The notes under the pieces were generated by a model. That model was not told the origin of the DNA, did not search any database, and saw only the letters and a list, made by a program, of their open reading frames with translations. DNA of 64,000 bases, from sequence record OQ845957.1; one strand, 5' to 3'. A program made the translations under genes and the position numbers. How positions within the stretch are numbered: the stretch's first letter is position 1; every line of letters begins with the position of its first letter. Source of the stretch: Escherichia phage pEC-M719-6WT.1. Shown here one piece after another: positions 29,426 to 39,834 of the stretch.

Positions 29426-29638
29426 TTAAAAGAATAAGTCAGATGCTTTTGGAGAATCTTGCACAATACTCCAACCAGTCTTCTGCCAATCATACCCACA
29501 ATACCATGAAGCCATTGGGTAACCCATCTCACATACAATCTTTCCATCTTTCATTTCAAAGAACTCATCAGATGTGAAGTTCTTGTTACGAACTTTCTTA
29601 CCTTTCTTCATTGCTTCAACAGCTTCTTCATAAGTCAT
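29426..29638 (-). CDS. Hypothetical small protein (start moved to ATG after TTGGAGATACCAAAA leader)
   Basis: ORF track start at 29653 is TTG; ATG at 29638 has conserved GGAG-containing leader. Confidence 0.45.
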   Translation of the reverse strand: MTYEEAVEAMKKGKKVRNKNFTSDEFFEMKDGKIVCEMGYPMASWYCGYDWQKTGWSIVQDSPKASDLFF

Positions 29639-29786
29639 TTTTGGTATCTCCAATATTCAATATCAATAAGTTCTTGTGCAATGCTTTTCAGATTACCTTT
29701 CGTAGTCTAAGCCCCTGCTCCAAGCGTCAGCGATTAAGGCTGTAGCTTTATCTTTGCTTCTGATAACTTCATCAGATTTTTCAATC

Positions 29787-29942
29787 TTACTGTTCACGAT
29801 GCTCTACCTCTCTGTATGTTTGTCGGTAATTTATAATAAGTTGTGCCAACTCGTTACTCTTGACGTTTGAACGTAGAAGTTGCCAATCAAAGCCTTTACC
29901 AACCCTGCCATATAAGCTAAACAGTTTTACCTTGCGTTTCAT
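29787..29942 (-). CDS. Small hypothetical protein (51 aa), not in ORF track
   Basis: ATG preceded by same leader TATTGGAGATACCAAAA as neighbouring gene. Confidence 0.35.
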   Translation of the reverse strand: MKRKVKLFSLYGRVGKGFDWQLLRSNVKSNELAQLIINYRQTYREVEHREQ

Positions 29943-29960
29943 TTTTGGTATCTCCAATAC

Positions 29961-30173
29961 TCAAAAGTCAATATTAATACGCTCACCCTTAAGGACTCCT
30001 GTACGGTCTCTTGCAATCTTACCGTCAACAATAAGGATATGTGCAGCCCTTAAAGAGTCACGATTAAAACCTTTTACAAACTTACTAGTCATCACCACAA
30101 TAAGCATCTCCTGAATTAAATCTGGAGTGTAGCAGTTGTCGTGGAGTTGTTGAATAACGTCTGCAAGTGTCAT
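29961..30173 (-). CDS. Hypothetical protein
   Basis: 70 aa ORF with AGGAGG RBS. Confidence 0.5.
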   Translation of the reverse strand: MTLADVIQQLHDNCYTPDLIQEMLIVVMTSKFVKGFNRDSLRAAHILIVDGKIARDRTGVLKGERINIDF

Positions 30174-30234
30174 ATGGCCTCCTATATAAGTTATTGTATA
30201 AGGTACTCTTCCATGAGCACCTTGTCAATACCAA

Positions 30235-32934
30235 TCAGTGTACCTCATACCAGCTTTTACCAACCTTACCAGTGCCAGTTACAAGCGTCTCACTCTTCAA
30301 ACCTAAATTCTTAGATGCCTGACCATACATCCAGTCAGTTATAGCTTTAACTTCTTGAGTCATACTTTCTGGGCATTCCCAACTGTTTTCATCGTGGTAT
30401 GCCAGCAAAAGTCTAGCACCGATTGCTGGTTTTCGTCCATTTAATTTTGTCAACCCTTCTTCACATGCCCTTCTACAAGCAAGGTTAATTGCCTCGTTCT
30501 GAATCTGGCTTTCCGAACCCATGAGCAAATAATTCAATAACTTATGTGGAGATTTACACCACAACCACGCTCCAGCAACCTGAACAAACCCACCTTTAGC
30601 AATTGCAGCAGTCTTCCCAAAGACCTCTTCAAGAGCCTTCTTAGTCGCTTTAAAATCAGCTTCTAAGTTATCAATCAGTTTCTTAATCTTCGGCAAACGA
30701 ACAAAGTAAGTCTGCTTAGTCAATGCACCTTCCTGAGTAGTTGCTGCTTTAATGGTCTTAGCAAACTTCTCATCACCTGCACCGAACAGCAGTGCATAGA
30801 TACCATTCTTAGCTTTCTTACGACCCTTACTAATCTCGTGAAGAAGATTTTCATCCTGTGTCATACGACAAGTCAAGATATCCTGCTCATCATTCAAGCT
30901 AAAGTAAATACTGTTCAGCGTGTGAGCATCAGTACCTGAATAAACTACGTACAAGTCGTTTTCAGAGTCATAACGCAGATACTTGTCAATTTCTGGATTA
31001 AGGTATTCGTCAAAGTGTTTGCAGTAATAGCGACCATCTTCTTGACGAATAAACTCAACCTCTTCCTTACCTTCTGTTACCGCTTTGGTGAACTCTTTGT
31101 CACCCATAAAGTTACACAGTAGAACAAGCTGTGCAGAGTTCATATCAACAGATACTACGTTGGTTCCCTCTTCACAAATCCAGACTGCCCTCATTGGTTC
31201 ACCGTAAACAGCAGCACCAGAAGGTACGTTTACAATACCATATTGTGTCATACGACCAGTTGAAGTACCAAACACCATTGCACCAGCACTTAAACGACCA
31301 TCTGGACGAATCTGGTTCAACCAACCTTTCTCATCATCCTTTGAGTTCTCAATAGTTCTGCGTCGGTGCATCAAAGTATAGTACTTCGCAATCTTCTGCC
31401 CAAGTTCACCTTCGATGGTATCATAAGAAGATTCAGTCAGTTTTGGTGAAGTACGAATCAAGCAAGGTTCAAGCACATCTGTGTATTTCTTCACAGACCA
31501 ATTATGCTCGATGTACTGTACCCCTTCATGCTCAACATAGTTTAAACCGCAGCGTTCAACCATTTCATCCCACTTAGGATGTTTACGAATCATCTTCTTA
31601 TTATCTTTGAAGCGACAAACCTTAACAGGACGACCATCTGAGTCTTTCTTGTAGTTCCAATCATCAGGAATCCAACCAACAGATTTCAGATACTCTTTAA
31701 CTACTGCAACCTGAGTCATGCGTGAAACTTCAAACTCAATTGGTGTATATGGTGCATCAATCAAACCTGTGTAACGACTTGACTCAAGTTCAAAGTGATT
31801 AACAACATGATTGTTGTAGTACTTGACAGTCTTAACAGTTTTAACTGGCTTCCAATCTTTGCACTTCTTGTCAACCTTCGCATTTAGCTCATTACATACT
31901 GCACGAGCATCTTTCATTGCCACGAAACCTTCTTTGTACTCTTCTCCGGTTACCGTGTTAGTTGGTGTGTAGCAGTTACGTTTCTCTACGCTGAAAATCT
32001 TGGTAGTTGGTTTACCAAATGGCTTAATAGGATAACTTTGCATTTCCCCATTACGAACCTGCTGACGATACTTTGTCTTAGGATACTTGGTAATGCGTTT
32101 CAAACCATCTGCTTCACCAAAAGTTTCAACATACTCATTCCAAGCTTTTGCAAATTCTTCACCAGTAACTTTCCCTTTTGTCTTGATAGTTGGTGGTAAG
32201 AATGGCTCAACATCTGAAGCAAGGTCAGCAGTCATCTTATCAAGCTCTTTAACACAACTCTTCATCATGTTAATGTCAGCTTTCCAACCATTGATAGCTT
32301 GCTGGCTCATCCAGAAAGATGTTTCTTTAGCTCGCATGTAGGTTTCGTAGGTATCCACACCACACTTCTTCAGCTTCACATACTCATTATCAAGGGCACG
32401 TTTAGTTTTGGCGTTGATTCGAATATCCTCAACAACACGAGTTAAGATTTCAGCGTTCCAAACTCCCCACTCTTCAATCTCAGGCTTACGGACACCGACA
32501 CGAGCACCCCATGCAGCCAAACCATGAGAACCTTTGTAACCTTTAGGTGTAGGTCTGTCCATCCACTGAACACGAGATTGGATAAGTGAATCTTGTAAGA
32601 AATTACCCCAAGGTTTGCATTTAGGGTTATCAAAGTTCCACAGGTCAGGTGCAATGTGGTTGAACACCCACCAGTCATAACCAAGACCATTGTGAATGCA
32701 AAGACGTTTCGCCTTTAAAGCAAACTCAACACCTTCTCTCAAGCCACCCTTGATATACTTGGTGTACTTGTGACCAAGAATAGGCTCATCAGTGAATACC
32801 CACACAGGTGGTTCGTCACTGTCATCTTTGTAATCTGCAAAAGCCATTACGTGAGCTTTAGTGAACTCAAGCAGTAATCCGTCAGTTTCTGTATCGCCTA
32901 CCAGATGCAAATTTTTAAAGTCTACGTTTTCCAT
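30235..32934 (-). CDS. DNA polymerase, family A (T7/PolI-like) with 3'-5' exonuclease domain
   Basis: ~899 aa; Exo motif DTETDGL near N-terminus; PolA motif KAKNGIYALLFGAGDEK; ORF-track start at 32940 is GTG, ATG at 32934 follows GAGGGAG RBS. Confidence 0.85.
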   Translation of the reverse strand: MENVDFKNLHLVGDTETDGLLLEFTKAHVMAFADYKDDSDEPPVWVFTDEPILGHKYTKYIKGGLREGVEFALKAKRLCIHNGLGYDWWVFNHIAPDLWNFDNPKCKPWGNFLQDSLIQSRVQWMDRPTPKGYKGSHGLAAWGARVGVRKPEIEEWGVWNAEILTRVVEDIRINAKTKRALDNEYVKLKKCGVDTYETYMRAKETSFWMSQQAINGWKADINMMKSCVKELDKMTADLASDVEPFLPPTIKTKGKVTGEEFAKAWNEYVETFGEADGLKRITKYPKTKYRQQVRNGEMQSYPIKPFGKPTTKIFSVEKRNCYTPTNTVTGEEYKEGFVAMKDARAVCNELNAKVDKKCKDWKPVKTVKTVKYYNNHVVNHFELESSRYTGLIDAPYTPIEFEVSRMTQVAVVKEYLKSVGWIPDDWNYKKDSDGRPVKVCRFKDNKKMIRKHPKWDEMVERCGLNYVEHEGVQYIEHNWSVKKYTDVLEPCLIRTSPKLTESSYDTIEGELGQKIAKYYTLMHRRRTIENSKDDEKGWLNQIRPDGRLSAGAMVFGTSTGRMTQYGIVNVPSGAAVYGEPMRAVWICEEGTNVVSVDMNSAQLVLLCNFMGDKEFTKAVTEGKEEVEFIRQEDGRYYCKHFDEYLNPEIDKYLRYDSENDLYVVYSGTDAHTLNSIYFSLNDEQDILTCRMTQDENLLHEISKGRKKAKNGIYALLFGAGDEKFAKTIKAATTQEGALTKQTYFVRLPKIKKLIDNLEADFKATKKALEEVFGKTAAIAKGGFVQVAGAWLWCKSPHKLLNYLLMGSESQIQNEAINLACRRACEEGLTKLNGRKPAIGARLLLAYHDENSWECPESMTQEVKAITDWMYGQASKNLGLKSETLVTGTGKVGKSWYEVH

Positions 32935-33131
32935 TTCCACTCCCTCTCAAACATATGACTCCATACCTTACTGCAAAACGACACAAAAAGCAAGTTGACA
33001 AATCACTTGACAGGGTGTTAGTCTTGTATGCAGTGGGTTTTAACTTAAAAGACTCCCTTTACAGATTAACTATACAGATTCTTTAAAACCCTTAAAAGAC
33101 TTTTAATAGCTTTTAAAAAGCTTTAAAGTAT

Positions 33132-33148
33132 TACGTATAGAATACGTA
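33132..33148. promoter_or_regulatory. Palindrome TACGTAT-AGA-ATACGTA in divergent intergenic region
   Basis: Perfect 7-bp inverted repeat read from sequence; lies between divergently transcribed pol and plus-strand genes. Confidence 0.5.
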
Positions 33149-33191
33149 AAGAAAGAGATTAAGACTTAATAGAAACTATAAAGAGGCTGCC

Positions 33192-33614
33192 ATGCAGAGA
33201 ATGTTTGTTCACCCTGACGTAGCAAATTTCCTAAAAGCTTTGGAGAAGTTAGAAGAACTTGACATAGCTGCTCAGAAAGAATATGCTTACCATCATCGTC
33301 GAATGGTTGATGTTCAACACGAGATAGAACTTTCAGAAGGTTACGACGAAGATTTGAAATGCTCTGTTTTCGAGCATATGAAAGAGATTGCTTCTGATAG
33401 GCGTAAAGCAAAAGATACATGTTTTTTGATAGATGCCTTAAAAAAGAAGTTGCAAAGTGGAACAGACTTGTGTAGTCTAGCAACACTTCTTCAGGATGTT
33501 GAGAGTTCTTGGGATAGACATTACTTCCCAAGGTCTGAAAAGACACTTGACTTCTCTTCACCGGAAGGATTAAAATTATCACGACTTACATTAAACAAAA
33601 TGAGAGAGAAATAA
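33192..33614 (+). CDS. Hypothetical protein
   Basis: 140 aa ORF with AAGAGG RBS. Confidence 0.55.
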   Translation: MQRMFVHPDVANFLKALEKLEELDIAAQKEYAYHHRRMVDVQHEIELSEGYDEDLKCSVFEHMKEIASDRRKAKDTCFLIDALKKKLQSGTDLCSLATLLQDVESSWDRHYFPRSEKTLDFSSPEGLKLSRLTLNKMREK

Positions 33615-33615
33615 T

Positions 33616-34416
33616 ATGAAAACTGTAAATGAAATGCTGGCAGAAAAGAACATCAACGAACAATTCCTATTAACTACTGTGGAAAGCCTTGCTGTAATTT
33701 TCCGTAGCAATACTTTCACTTCTGGCTTTATGCCAGAATCACTTAAAGTTACAGATATTGACAGTGACGAATCTTTCCGCTCAACTGTAGAGTTGCTTAC
33801 CAGCAATCGTAAAATTGCTCTGGCCTCTATCGTTGTTGGTGTTGACTCTCTGGCTAAATTTCTGTTTGAGAACATGCAGAGTGGTGATTACTCTAGCATG
33901 GATGAACAAAGCATTAATATGCTGCTTAACGAGATGACTGAACAGCAAATGGTAATGGGTATTGTTGGTGGAGTATCAAGTGTCATGGCTATGCTGGAAA
34001 AGCGTATGGAAGATAAATCTTCACGCTATGACAAACTTGATTGGGGTTTCAATGTAATTTCTGAACGTGCTAAAGCGCTGGCTATTGAAACTTACCAGAA
34101 ACTGGAAGACTTGACTAAACAGGATGTAGACATTAAACTTGATGACATTCAGGTGATGGTCACTGCTCTGACGCCTGCAATTATGGTTATCATGAATATT
34201 CACGCAATTCTTGAAGTTGCAGATTTGCTGAAGTCTCCACCTTCTTTCATTGAAGAAGTCAGTGGTGGTGCAAGTGTATCTGCTTTACAAGATGTTCTTA
34301 TGCAGACTAACGTAGCAATTGTACGTGAGAAAATTGCCATTAACTTTGGTGATGAGTTCTTGCAGCAGATTGAAGCAATGGCTGAAAAGAACGGTGAAGC
34401 TATTACAATCCACTAA
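33616..34416 (+). CDS. Hypothetical protein
   Basis: 266 aa ORF. Confidence 0.55.
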   Translation: MKTVNEMLAEKNINEQFLLTTVESLAVIFRSNTFTSGFMPESLKVTDIDSDESFRSTVELLTSNRKIALASIVVGVDSLAKFLFENMQSGDYSSMDEQSINMLLNEMTEQQMVMGIVGGVSSVMAMLEKRMEDKSSRYDKLDWGFNVISERAKALAIETYQKLEDLTKQDVDIKLDDIQVMVTALTPAIMVIMNIHAILEVADLLKSPPSFIEEVSGGASVSALQDVLMQTNVAIVREKIAINFGDEFLQQIEAMAEKNGEAITIH

Positions 34417-34431
34417 TTGTTAATACCCAAA

Positions 34432-34458
34432 TAGCCTCCTTAATTGGGGGCTTTTTAT
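34432..34458 (+). terminator. Putative terminator
   Basis: AGCCTCC-TTAATT-GGGGGCT followed by TTTTTATT. Confidence 0.45.
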
Positions 34459-34474
34459 TATGGAGAGACTAAGT

Positions 34475-35215
34475 ATGAAAAGTATTATTGCATTCACTGG
34501 TAAGGCTCGTTCTGGAAAAGACACTTCCTGTACTCTGGTAAGAAATGCCTTGACTGAGAAAGGTTACGAAGTTAAAGTTTTTGCGTTTGCAGATAACCTT
34601 AAAAACACTGCTGGAGATATCTTCAACCTGACTTGGGAAGATTTGTATGGAGACACAAAAGAAACTCCACAGGTCTTCACACTGACTCATGCAGCACTGT
34701 CTTCACAGGTTATTTGGGCTTTTTTCAGACACATGCAAGATAAGAATATCCATAAGGATTCAAAACTGTGTGGTGAATTAACCGATAAACTAATCAAAGA
34801 ACTGAAAAAGGTTGGTAAACCAACATTACTCACCAGACTCGGCTTGCGTAATGAATATAAAGTCTCTTCACGTCAAATCCAACAAGTTTGGGGAAGTGAA
34901 GTTGTCCGTAAAATCTTGGGTGAAAGGTTCTGGATTATTGACTTAGCAGAACGCATGGAGAAGTTCTTTGGTGAATGCCATACAGAAGACCATGAAGGTA
35001 TTGCACTAATCTGTGATTTAAGATTTGACATTGAGGCTGAGTTTCTGCAAAGTTATGACAGTCAAATCATTGAGGTGAAGAGAAGCAACGCTACACAAGT
35101 TGCTTCACATCATTCTGAGAAAGGTATTTCAACCTTATTTGAGCGTGACATTATTCAAAACAATGGCACAGTTGATGAGCTTGAAAGTAAATTAAAAGCT
35201 ATCGTTGGAATTTAA
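34475..35215 (+). CDS. Deoxynucleoside monophosphate kinase (T4 gp1-like)
   Basis: P-loop GKARSGKDT near N-terminus; GGAGAG RBS 7 nt upstream of this ATG (ORF track starts 15 nt earlier). Confidence 0.7.
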   Translation: MKSIIAFTGKARSGKDTSCTLVRNALTEKGYEVKVFAFADNLKNTAGDIFNLTWEDLYGDTKETPQVFTLTHAALSSQVIWAFFRHMQDKNIHKDSKLCGELTDKLIKELKKVGKPTLLTRLGLRNEYKVSSRQIQQVWGSEVVRKILGERFWIIDLAERMEKFFGECHTEDHEGIALICDLRFDIEAEFLQSYDSQIIEVKRSNATQVASHHSEKGISTLFERDIIQNNGTVDELESKLKAIVGI

Positions 35216-35231
35216 AAAGAGAGATATTAAG

Positions 35232-35423
35232 ATGAGAGTAGATAATTTAAAAGTAATTGACCACCGTTCTGTAGAACTCTCATCTCTTTCTAAAGAAGTA
35301 ATGATGGAGCGACTTGAAAGGGTCGCTTCACGAAGGAAAGAGATTGCTGAGGAAATTCATGAACTAGACAAGATTGAAAATGGTTTAAAAGCTGAACTGC
35401 AACGTAGAGGTGCTAATGTCTAA
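35232..35423 (+). CDS. Small coiled-coil protein
   Basis: ~63 aa from internal ATG with AAGAGAGA RBS. Confidence 0.4.
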   Translation: MRVDNLKVIDHRSVELSSLSKEVMMERLERVASRRKEIAEEIHELDKIENGLKAELQRRGANV

Positions 35424-37332
35424 AGGTCGTAAATTGAAAGAAGCTGGTCAGTTTGTTGGTCACTGTGCATGTCCTAAGTGTGGTTCATCAGATGCAGGGT
35501 CTATCTATCATCATGACGATGATTCTTATTCGATGACTTGCTTTAGCTGTAACAAAGGTTTTCCAGAGTGGGATTTTGATAAGGGTCAGATTGTGAGCAC
35601 ATATTCTACAGGTTCTGATAATAAGAATCGTACTTTCCGTGGTATGGATTTAGATGAAGTAAAAGAAAACCTTGAAGCAATGGATTTAAAAGACCGAAAG
35701 ATTCCTGCAAAGGTTCTTGAACGTCTTGGTATTAAGGTTGACATTGATGAAAACGGTGATATTGACGCTCACTTTTACCCAACTTATAAGAAAGATGAAA
35801 ATGGGAAGTTGAAACATGTTGGTTATCGTGTTCGCCACAAATACCCTGAAGACCACCCTAAAGAGCATCTTCGTGGCAAGTTAAAAGACTTCTCAGGTGG
35901 TGTAGGAGACATTAAAGGTGAACTGGCTATGTTCGGTTCATGGATTGCTCCAGAAGGTGGTAACCGTCTTTTCATTTGGGAAGGAGAGATGGAATGTGCT
36001 ACAGCAATCTATATGACTTCTTTGGCAATCAAAGATAAGTCACGTAGAAAGAATTACTGTCACGTTTCTGTACCATCTGGTGCAAACATTAAGTCTATCA
36101 AAGAAAACTATCAGTACATTACATCGTTTGATGAGATTTACCTGTGCTTTGATAATGACGAAGCTGGAGCCAAAGTAACTAAAGAAGCTGCTGGTATTCT
36201 GCCTATCGAAAAGGTTCGTTTATTCCAGTATCCAGAAGGTGTTAAAGACCTTAGCGAGTGGTGGACTAAATTCTTCAAAGACAAAGATACAGTCCTTGAA
36301 GGGTTTAAGCAGAGAATTTACAATGCACCTCGTTACTGCCCTGCTGGTATCAAGAACTTCGCAGATGGTTTTGAGGCTATGAAGAATCGTGGTCAGATTC
36401 CACTGATTCCCTTCCCAGATTCCTTCGGAGACCTTAACAGGTTGACTTATGGAGGTTATGGTTTAGGGGAAATCACAACTCTGGCTGCACCATCTTCAGT
36501 TGGTAAATCCGCATACACTCGTGAAATGATTTACACAGCTTGGAAAGAAACTGACTACAATATCGGTGTAATTCCTGTGGAAGACACCTATGAAGAGTTA
36601 ATGGAAATGCTCTGTGCAATTCACCTGAGTAAGCAGATTTCAGAAATTCCTTATGATGAACGTAATTGGGATGAAATCAAGGTTGCACATGCTGAATTGT
36701 CTGCTGGTCGCCGTATCCATATCGTTGACCACCAAGGAGCAATTGACCAAGATAACCTTCTGGAGTTTGTTGACTATCTGGTTAACAGTCTAGGTTGCAA
36801 GATTATTATTCTTGACCCTATTACGTTGGCACTGTCACGTTCTGATACAGATGAAGAAGAAGTTCTGTCTGAGTTACTTCGTCGTTGCAAGCGTTACCAA
36901 TATGCACAGGTAAACGTCTGTCACGTTCGTAAGAGTGCAGGTGGTCAGAAAGCTAACTCTGAAGGTGGTGATATTTCTGAAGAGGATATCAAGGGTTCTG
37001 GTGCATACTTCCAGATTTCCATGAACAACATTCTGTTAATGCGTAACAAGGTTGACCCAGACCCTGTGAAGAAAAACTTGACCAAAATCAAGTTAACTAA
37101 ATGTCGTCGTCATGGTAAGTCAACTGGTATTGCTGGTCACACTTGGTATAATCCAGATACAGGCCGTCTTATCAAGGCTGCTGGCAGTGGTGTTGATATT
37201 GATGGTGCAGCAGAGAATATTCGTCAGCAGTTTGGTATTGGTGAAGCCGATGACCACTATGATGATTCTATGTCACATTATGATGATGAAGCCTTTGACC
37301 GTGATACTGGAGAAATTTATACTCAAGAGTAA
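35416..37332 (+). CDS. DNA primase-helicase (T7 gp4-like)
   Basis: N-terminal Cys4 zinc finger CACPKCG...CFSCNKG; helicase Walker A AAPSSVGKSAYT; ORF track start at 35410 is GTG. Confidence 0.85.
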   Translation: MSKGRKLKEAGQFVGHCACPKCGSSDAGSIYHHDDDSYSMTCFSCNKGFPEWDFDKGQIVSTYSTGSDNKNRTFRGMDLDEVKENLEAMDLKDRKIPAKVLERLGIKVDIDENGDIDAHFYPTYKKDENGKLKHVGYRVRHKYPEDHPKEHLRGKLKDFSGGVGDIKGELAMFGSWIAPEGGNRLFIWEGEMECATAIYMTSLAIKDKSRRKNYCHVSVPSGANIKSIKENYQYITSFDEIYLCFDNDEAGAKVTKEAAGILPIEKVRLFQYPEGVKDLSEWWTKFFKDKDTVLEGFKQRIYNAPRYCPAGIKNFADGFEAMKNRGQIPLIPFPDSFGDLNRLTYGGYGLGEITTLAAPSSVGKSAYTREMIYTAWKETDYNIGVIPVEDTYEELMEMLCAIHLSKQISEIPYDERNWDEIKVAHAELSAGRRIHIVDHQGAIDQDNLLEFVDYLVNSLGCKIIILDPITLALSRSDTDEEEVLSELLRRCKRYQYAQVNVCHVRKSAGGQKANSEGGDISEEDIKGSGAYFQISMNNILLMRNKVDPDPVKKNLTKIKLTKCRRHGKSTGIAGHTWYNPDTGRLIKAAGSGVDIDGAAENIRQQFGIGEADDHYDDSMSHYDDEAFDRDTGEIYTQE

Positions 37333-37381
37333 CGTCAGAGTTCTACCATCCCACCAGTGTTAAACGAAGACGGAGAAGACG

Positions 37382-37660
37382 ATGACTGCCCGTTTGAAAC
37401 TGACTGATACGTATCTTAAGGAGGGCTTTACACCCTTCTATGAAGAAACAAATTCAGTAAAATTTAAAAAAGAGTGCTTGACTCGTATAGACGATTTCTG
37501 TAAAGTACTCATCAACAAAGGACATACGGTTGAGTTAGAATATAGAGAACTTGAGAGTGTCCTTGATGGAATCTTAGTTTCTGTTGATAATGATACCGGA
37601 TATATGTTTAGGTTAACTGACAAAACATTTGAATACGAAATTTATCGGAGAGTTGTATGA
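37382..37660 (+). CDS. Hypothetical protein
   Basis: 92 aa ORF. Confidence 0.45.
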   Translation: MTARLKLTDTYLKEGFTPFYEETNSVKFKKECLTRIDDFCKVLINKGHTVELEYRELESVLDGILVSVDNDTGYMFRLTDKTFEYEIYRRVV

Positions 37661-37879
37661 AACATTCTAAAGCGTTTGAAAAAGTATTTGGCGATTCACT
37701 GAAAGCAACTGCTGGTAAGTCTGCTGCACATTATGAAGCAAAGCGTGTTCGCACTGGTAAGACAGCACGTAAAGCAGCTAAGAAAGCTGCTTAAAAAGAT
37801 TTGACAAAGGAGTATGAAGTCTGTAACATTGTACTCCTTCAAGTTTGAAAGAAATAATTTTGAGAAAGAGGATTTAAGA

Positions 37880-38731
37880 ATGTCTAAAGTTGTTAAAATG
37901 AAATCTCCGGTAGAAAAATACAACGGTACTGAACGTCAGACTCTGCGTTACTTGCTGAAAGATGTTTGGTTCTACTACCTGAACACTATTCCACGTCCGG
38001 GAAAAGGTAAGTCAGTTGACAAGAAATTCCCAGGCAAAGACTGTAACTACAGCGTTTCGATTCTGGCAAAAGACGGTAACAAACTCTTCAAAGAGTTCAC
38101 CAAGTCTAAAAAGAATCCTGATGGTTGGGACAAGGTTACAACTGAAGCAGTTGATGCAGATGACTTCGAAGAGAAGTTTGGTTGCAAACCACCATTTGAA
38201 GCAGATACTTATCACATTCTGAAAGTAAGTCGTGCTGCTGCTTATAAAGATGGTGCAGTCTGGACAGCGAAACAGTCATTCCCTGTTATGCTGATTGAAG
38301 AAGTTAATGGTAAACGTGTTGCAGTTAAACAGCCGATGAAGAAAATCAAGGCTCAACATTCTGACAAACACGATGACGACAAAACTTATGATATTATTCA
38401 CCCAGATATCGCAGTCGGTAACGGTTCATTTGGTAGTGTGATTCTTGCAACTCACTTCTACACTTTTGAAAGCAACGTTCTGACGAAGCCGATTCAGGAA
38501 CAGTTTATCATTGATACTCTGGTTCCGTACACTGGTGGTACAGGTGGTAACGGTGAGCCTGAACTGGATGAAGATGAACTGGCTCTGCTTGGTCTGGATG
38601 GCGTTGAAGATAACGGTGAAATTACCGAAGAAGATGCGAAGGATTCTGAAGATACTAACTCTGACGATGACGACGATGATATGCCAGACCCAGATGACTA
38701 CGACGAAGAAGATTTCGATACTGAAGATTAA
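37880..38731 (+). CDS. Single-stranded DNA-binding protein (T7 gp2.5-like) with acidic C-terminal tail
   Basis: C-terminus DDDDDDMPDPDDYDEEDFDTED; GAGG RBS before this ATG; biased codon usage. Confidence 0.55.
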   Translation: MSKVVKMKSPVEKYNGTERQTLRYLLKDVWFYYLNTIPRPGKGKSVDKKFPGKDCNYSVSILAKDGNKLFKEFTKSKKNPDGWDKVTTEAVDADDFEEKFGCKPPFEADTYHILKVSRAAAYKDGAVWTAKQSFPVMLIEEVNGKRVAVKQPMKKIKAQHSDKHDDDKTYDIIHPDIAVGNGSFGSVILATHFYTFESNVLTKPIQEQFIIDTLVPYTGGTGGNGEPELDEDELALLGLDGVEDNGEITEEDAKDSEDTNSDDDDDDMPDPDDYDEEDFDTED

Positions 38732-38793
38732 TTCTCAGTAGTTACTACAAAGCCCTGTACTTAGTATGGGGCTTTTTCGTATTGGAGATACAA

Positions 38794-39834
38794 ATGGAAA
38801 AGTACACGTTAACAAAACTCCCAGATACTGTGACACATGTCTTTATTGACTCTGACAGCATCGCTTACAAGGGAGCCTGTGTCGTTGAGAAAGCAAAGTA
38901 CAAGTATGTGAATAAACTCACTGCTGAAGGGTCTGATGCCTTTGAAAGTGCTAAAGATGCTAATCAATGGCTATCTGACCAGAGAGTTCTGACAGAGGAA
39001 CTTGGTCTTGCATTCGATGAAGATGAATGGGAAAGACAATCTTGGAAAGAAGCAAAGAGTGAGAAAGAAGCTATTATGGCAACTCAACAAGTTCTTCAGG
39101 AATGGTTGAAAGTTGTCGGTAAAGAACGAACTTGGATGGGATACCTCACTGAGAAAGGTGTACATAAACACAAAGACATTAAAGGTCTTGAACACCAGTA
39201 TCAAGGTAACCGTAAAGAATCAGTAACCCCTACGCATTTAGTTGCTTGTCGTGAGTATCTTCTGTCACGACCTGAGTTTAAGCTTCTCAAAGGTGGCTTT
39301 GAAGCTGACTCCATTGTTATTGCAAAAGCTGAGAAGATGGGTAAGAAGGCTGCTCTTATGAGCATTGATAAAGACCTTCGCCAAGCGGAAGGAACTTACT
39401 GTATTGATATGACTTACGAGAAAGCCCCTCTTATTTTCATTGCAGATGGTAACGTAGGTAATATTTGGGATTGCCCTATCAAGTCTAAGCCGAAAGCTAA
39501 AAAGACTGTTGGTGTAGGCTTCAAATTCCTCTGCTATCAAGCTGTAGCAGGAGATAACGCAGATAACTACTTTGGCCTTAAGGGTGCAGGGAAAGTTGCT
39601 GTAATGAATGCTCTGGAAGGTAAAGAGACCTATAAAGAATGCCTTGATGCTATCTATGAACTTTACGCTAAGAAAGAGTCATACACTTATGAATCGTGGG
39701 ATGGTCAGGTGATTACAAGAACACCTCTTGAACTGATGCACCAGCACTTCTGGATTGCCTATCAAGAGCGTAACCCTAAAGATGATTTCACCTTTGCTAA
39801 ATATGGTTGGGAGCCTGTTATGAATGAAGATTAA
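38794..39834 (+). CDS. 5'-3' exonuclease / flap endonuclease (T7 gp6-like)
   Basis: VFIDSDSIAYKGA and SIDKDLRQ acidic motifs resembling FEN/gp6 metal-binding clusters; ORF track start at 38782 is TTG. Confidence 0.6.
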   Translation: MEKYTLTKLPDTVTHVFIDSDSIAYKGACVVEKAKYKYVNKLTAEGSDAFESAKDANQWLSDQRVLTEELGLAFDEDEWERQSWKEAKSEKEAIMATQQVLQEWLKVVGKERTWMGYLTEKGVHKHKDIKGLEHQYQGNRKESVTPTHLVACREYLLSRPEFKLLKGGFEADSIVIAKAEKMGKKAALMSIDKDLRQAEGTYCIDMTYEKAPLIFIADGNVGNIWDCPIKSKPKAKKTVGVGFKFLCYQAVAGDNADNYFGLKGAGKVAVMNALEGKETYKECLDAIYELYAKKESYTYESWDGQVITRTPLELMHQHFWIAYQERNPKDDFTFAKYGWEPVMNED

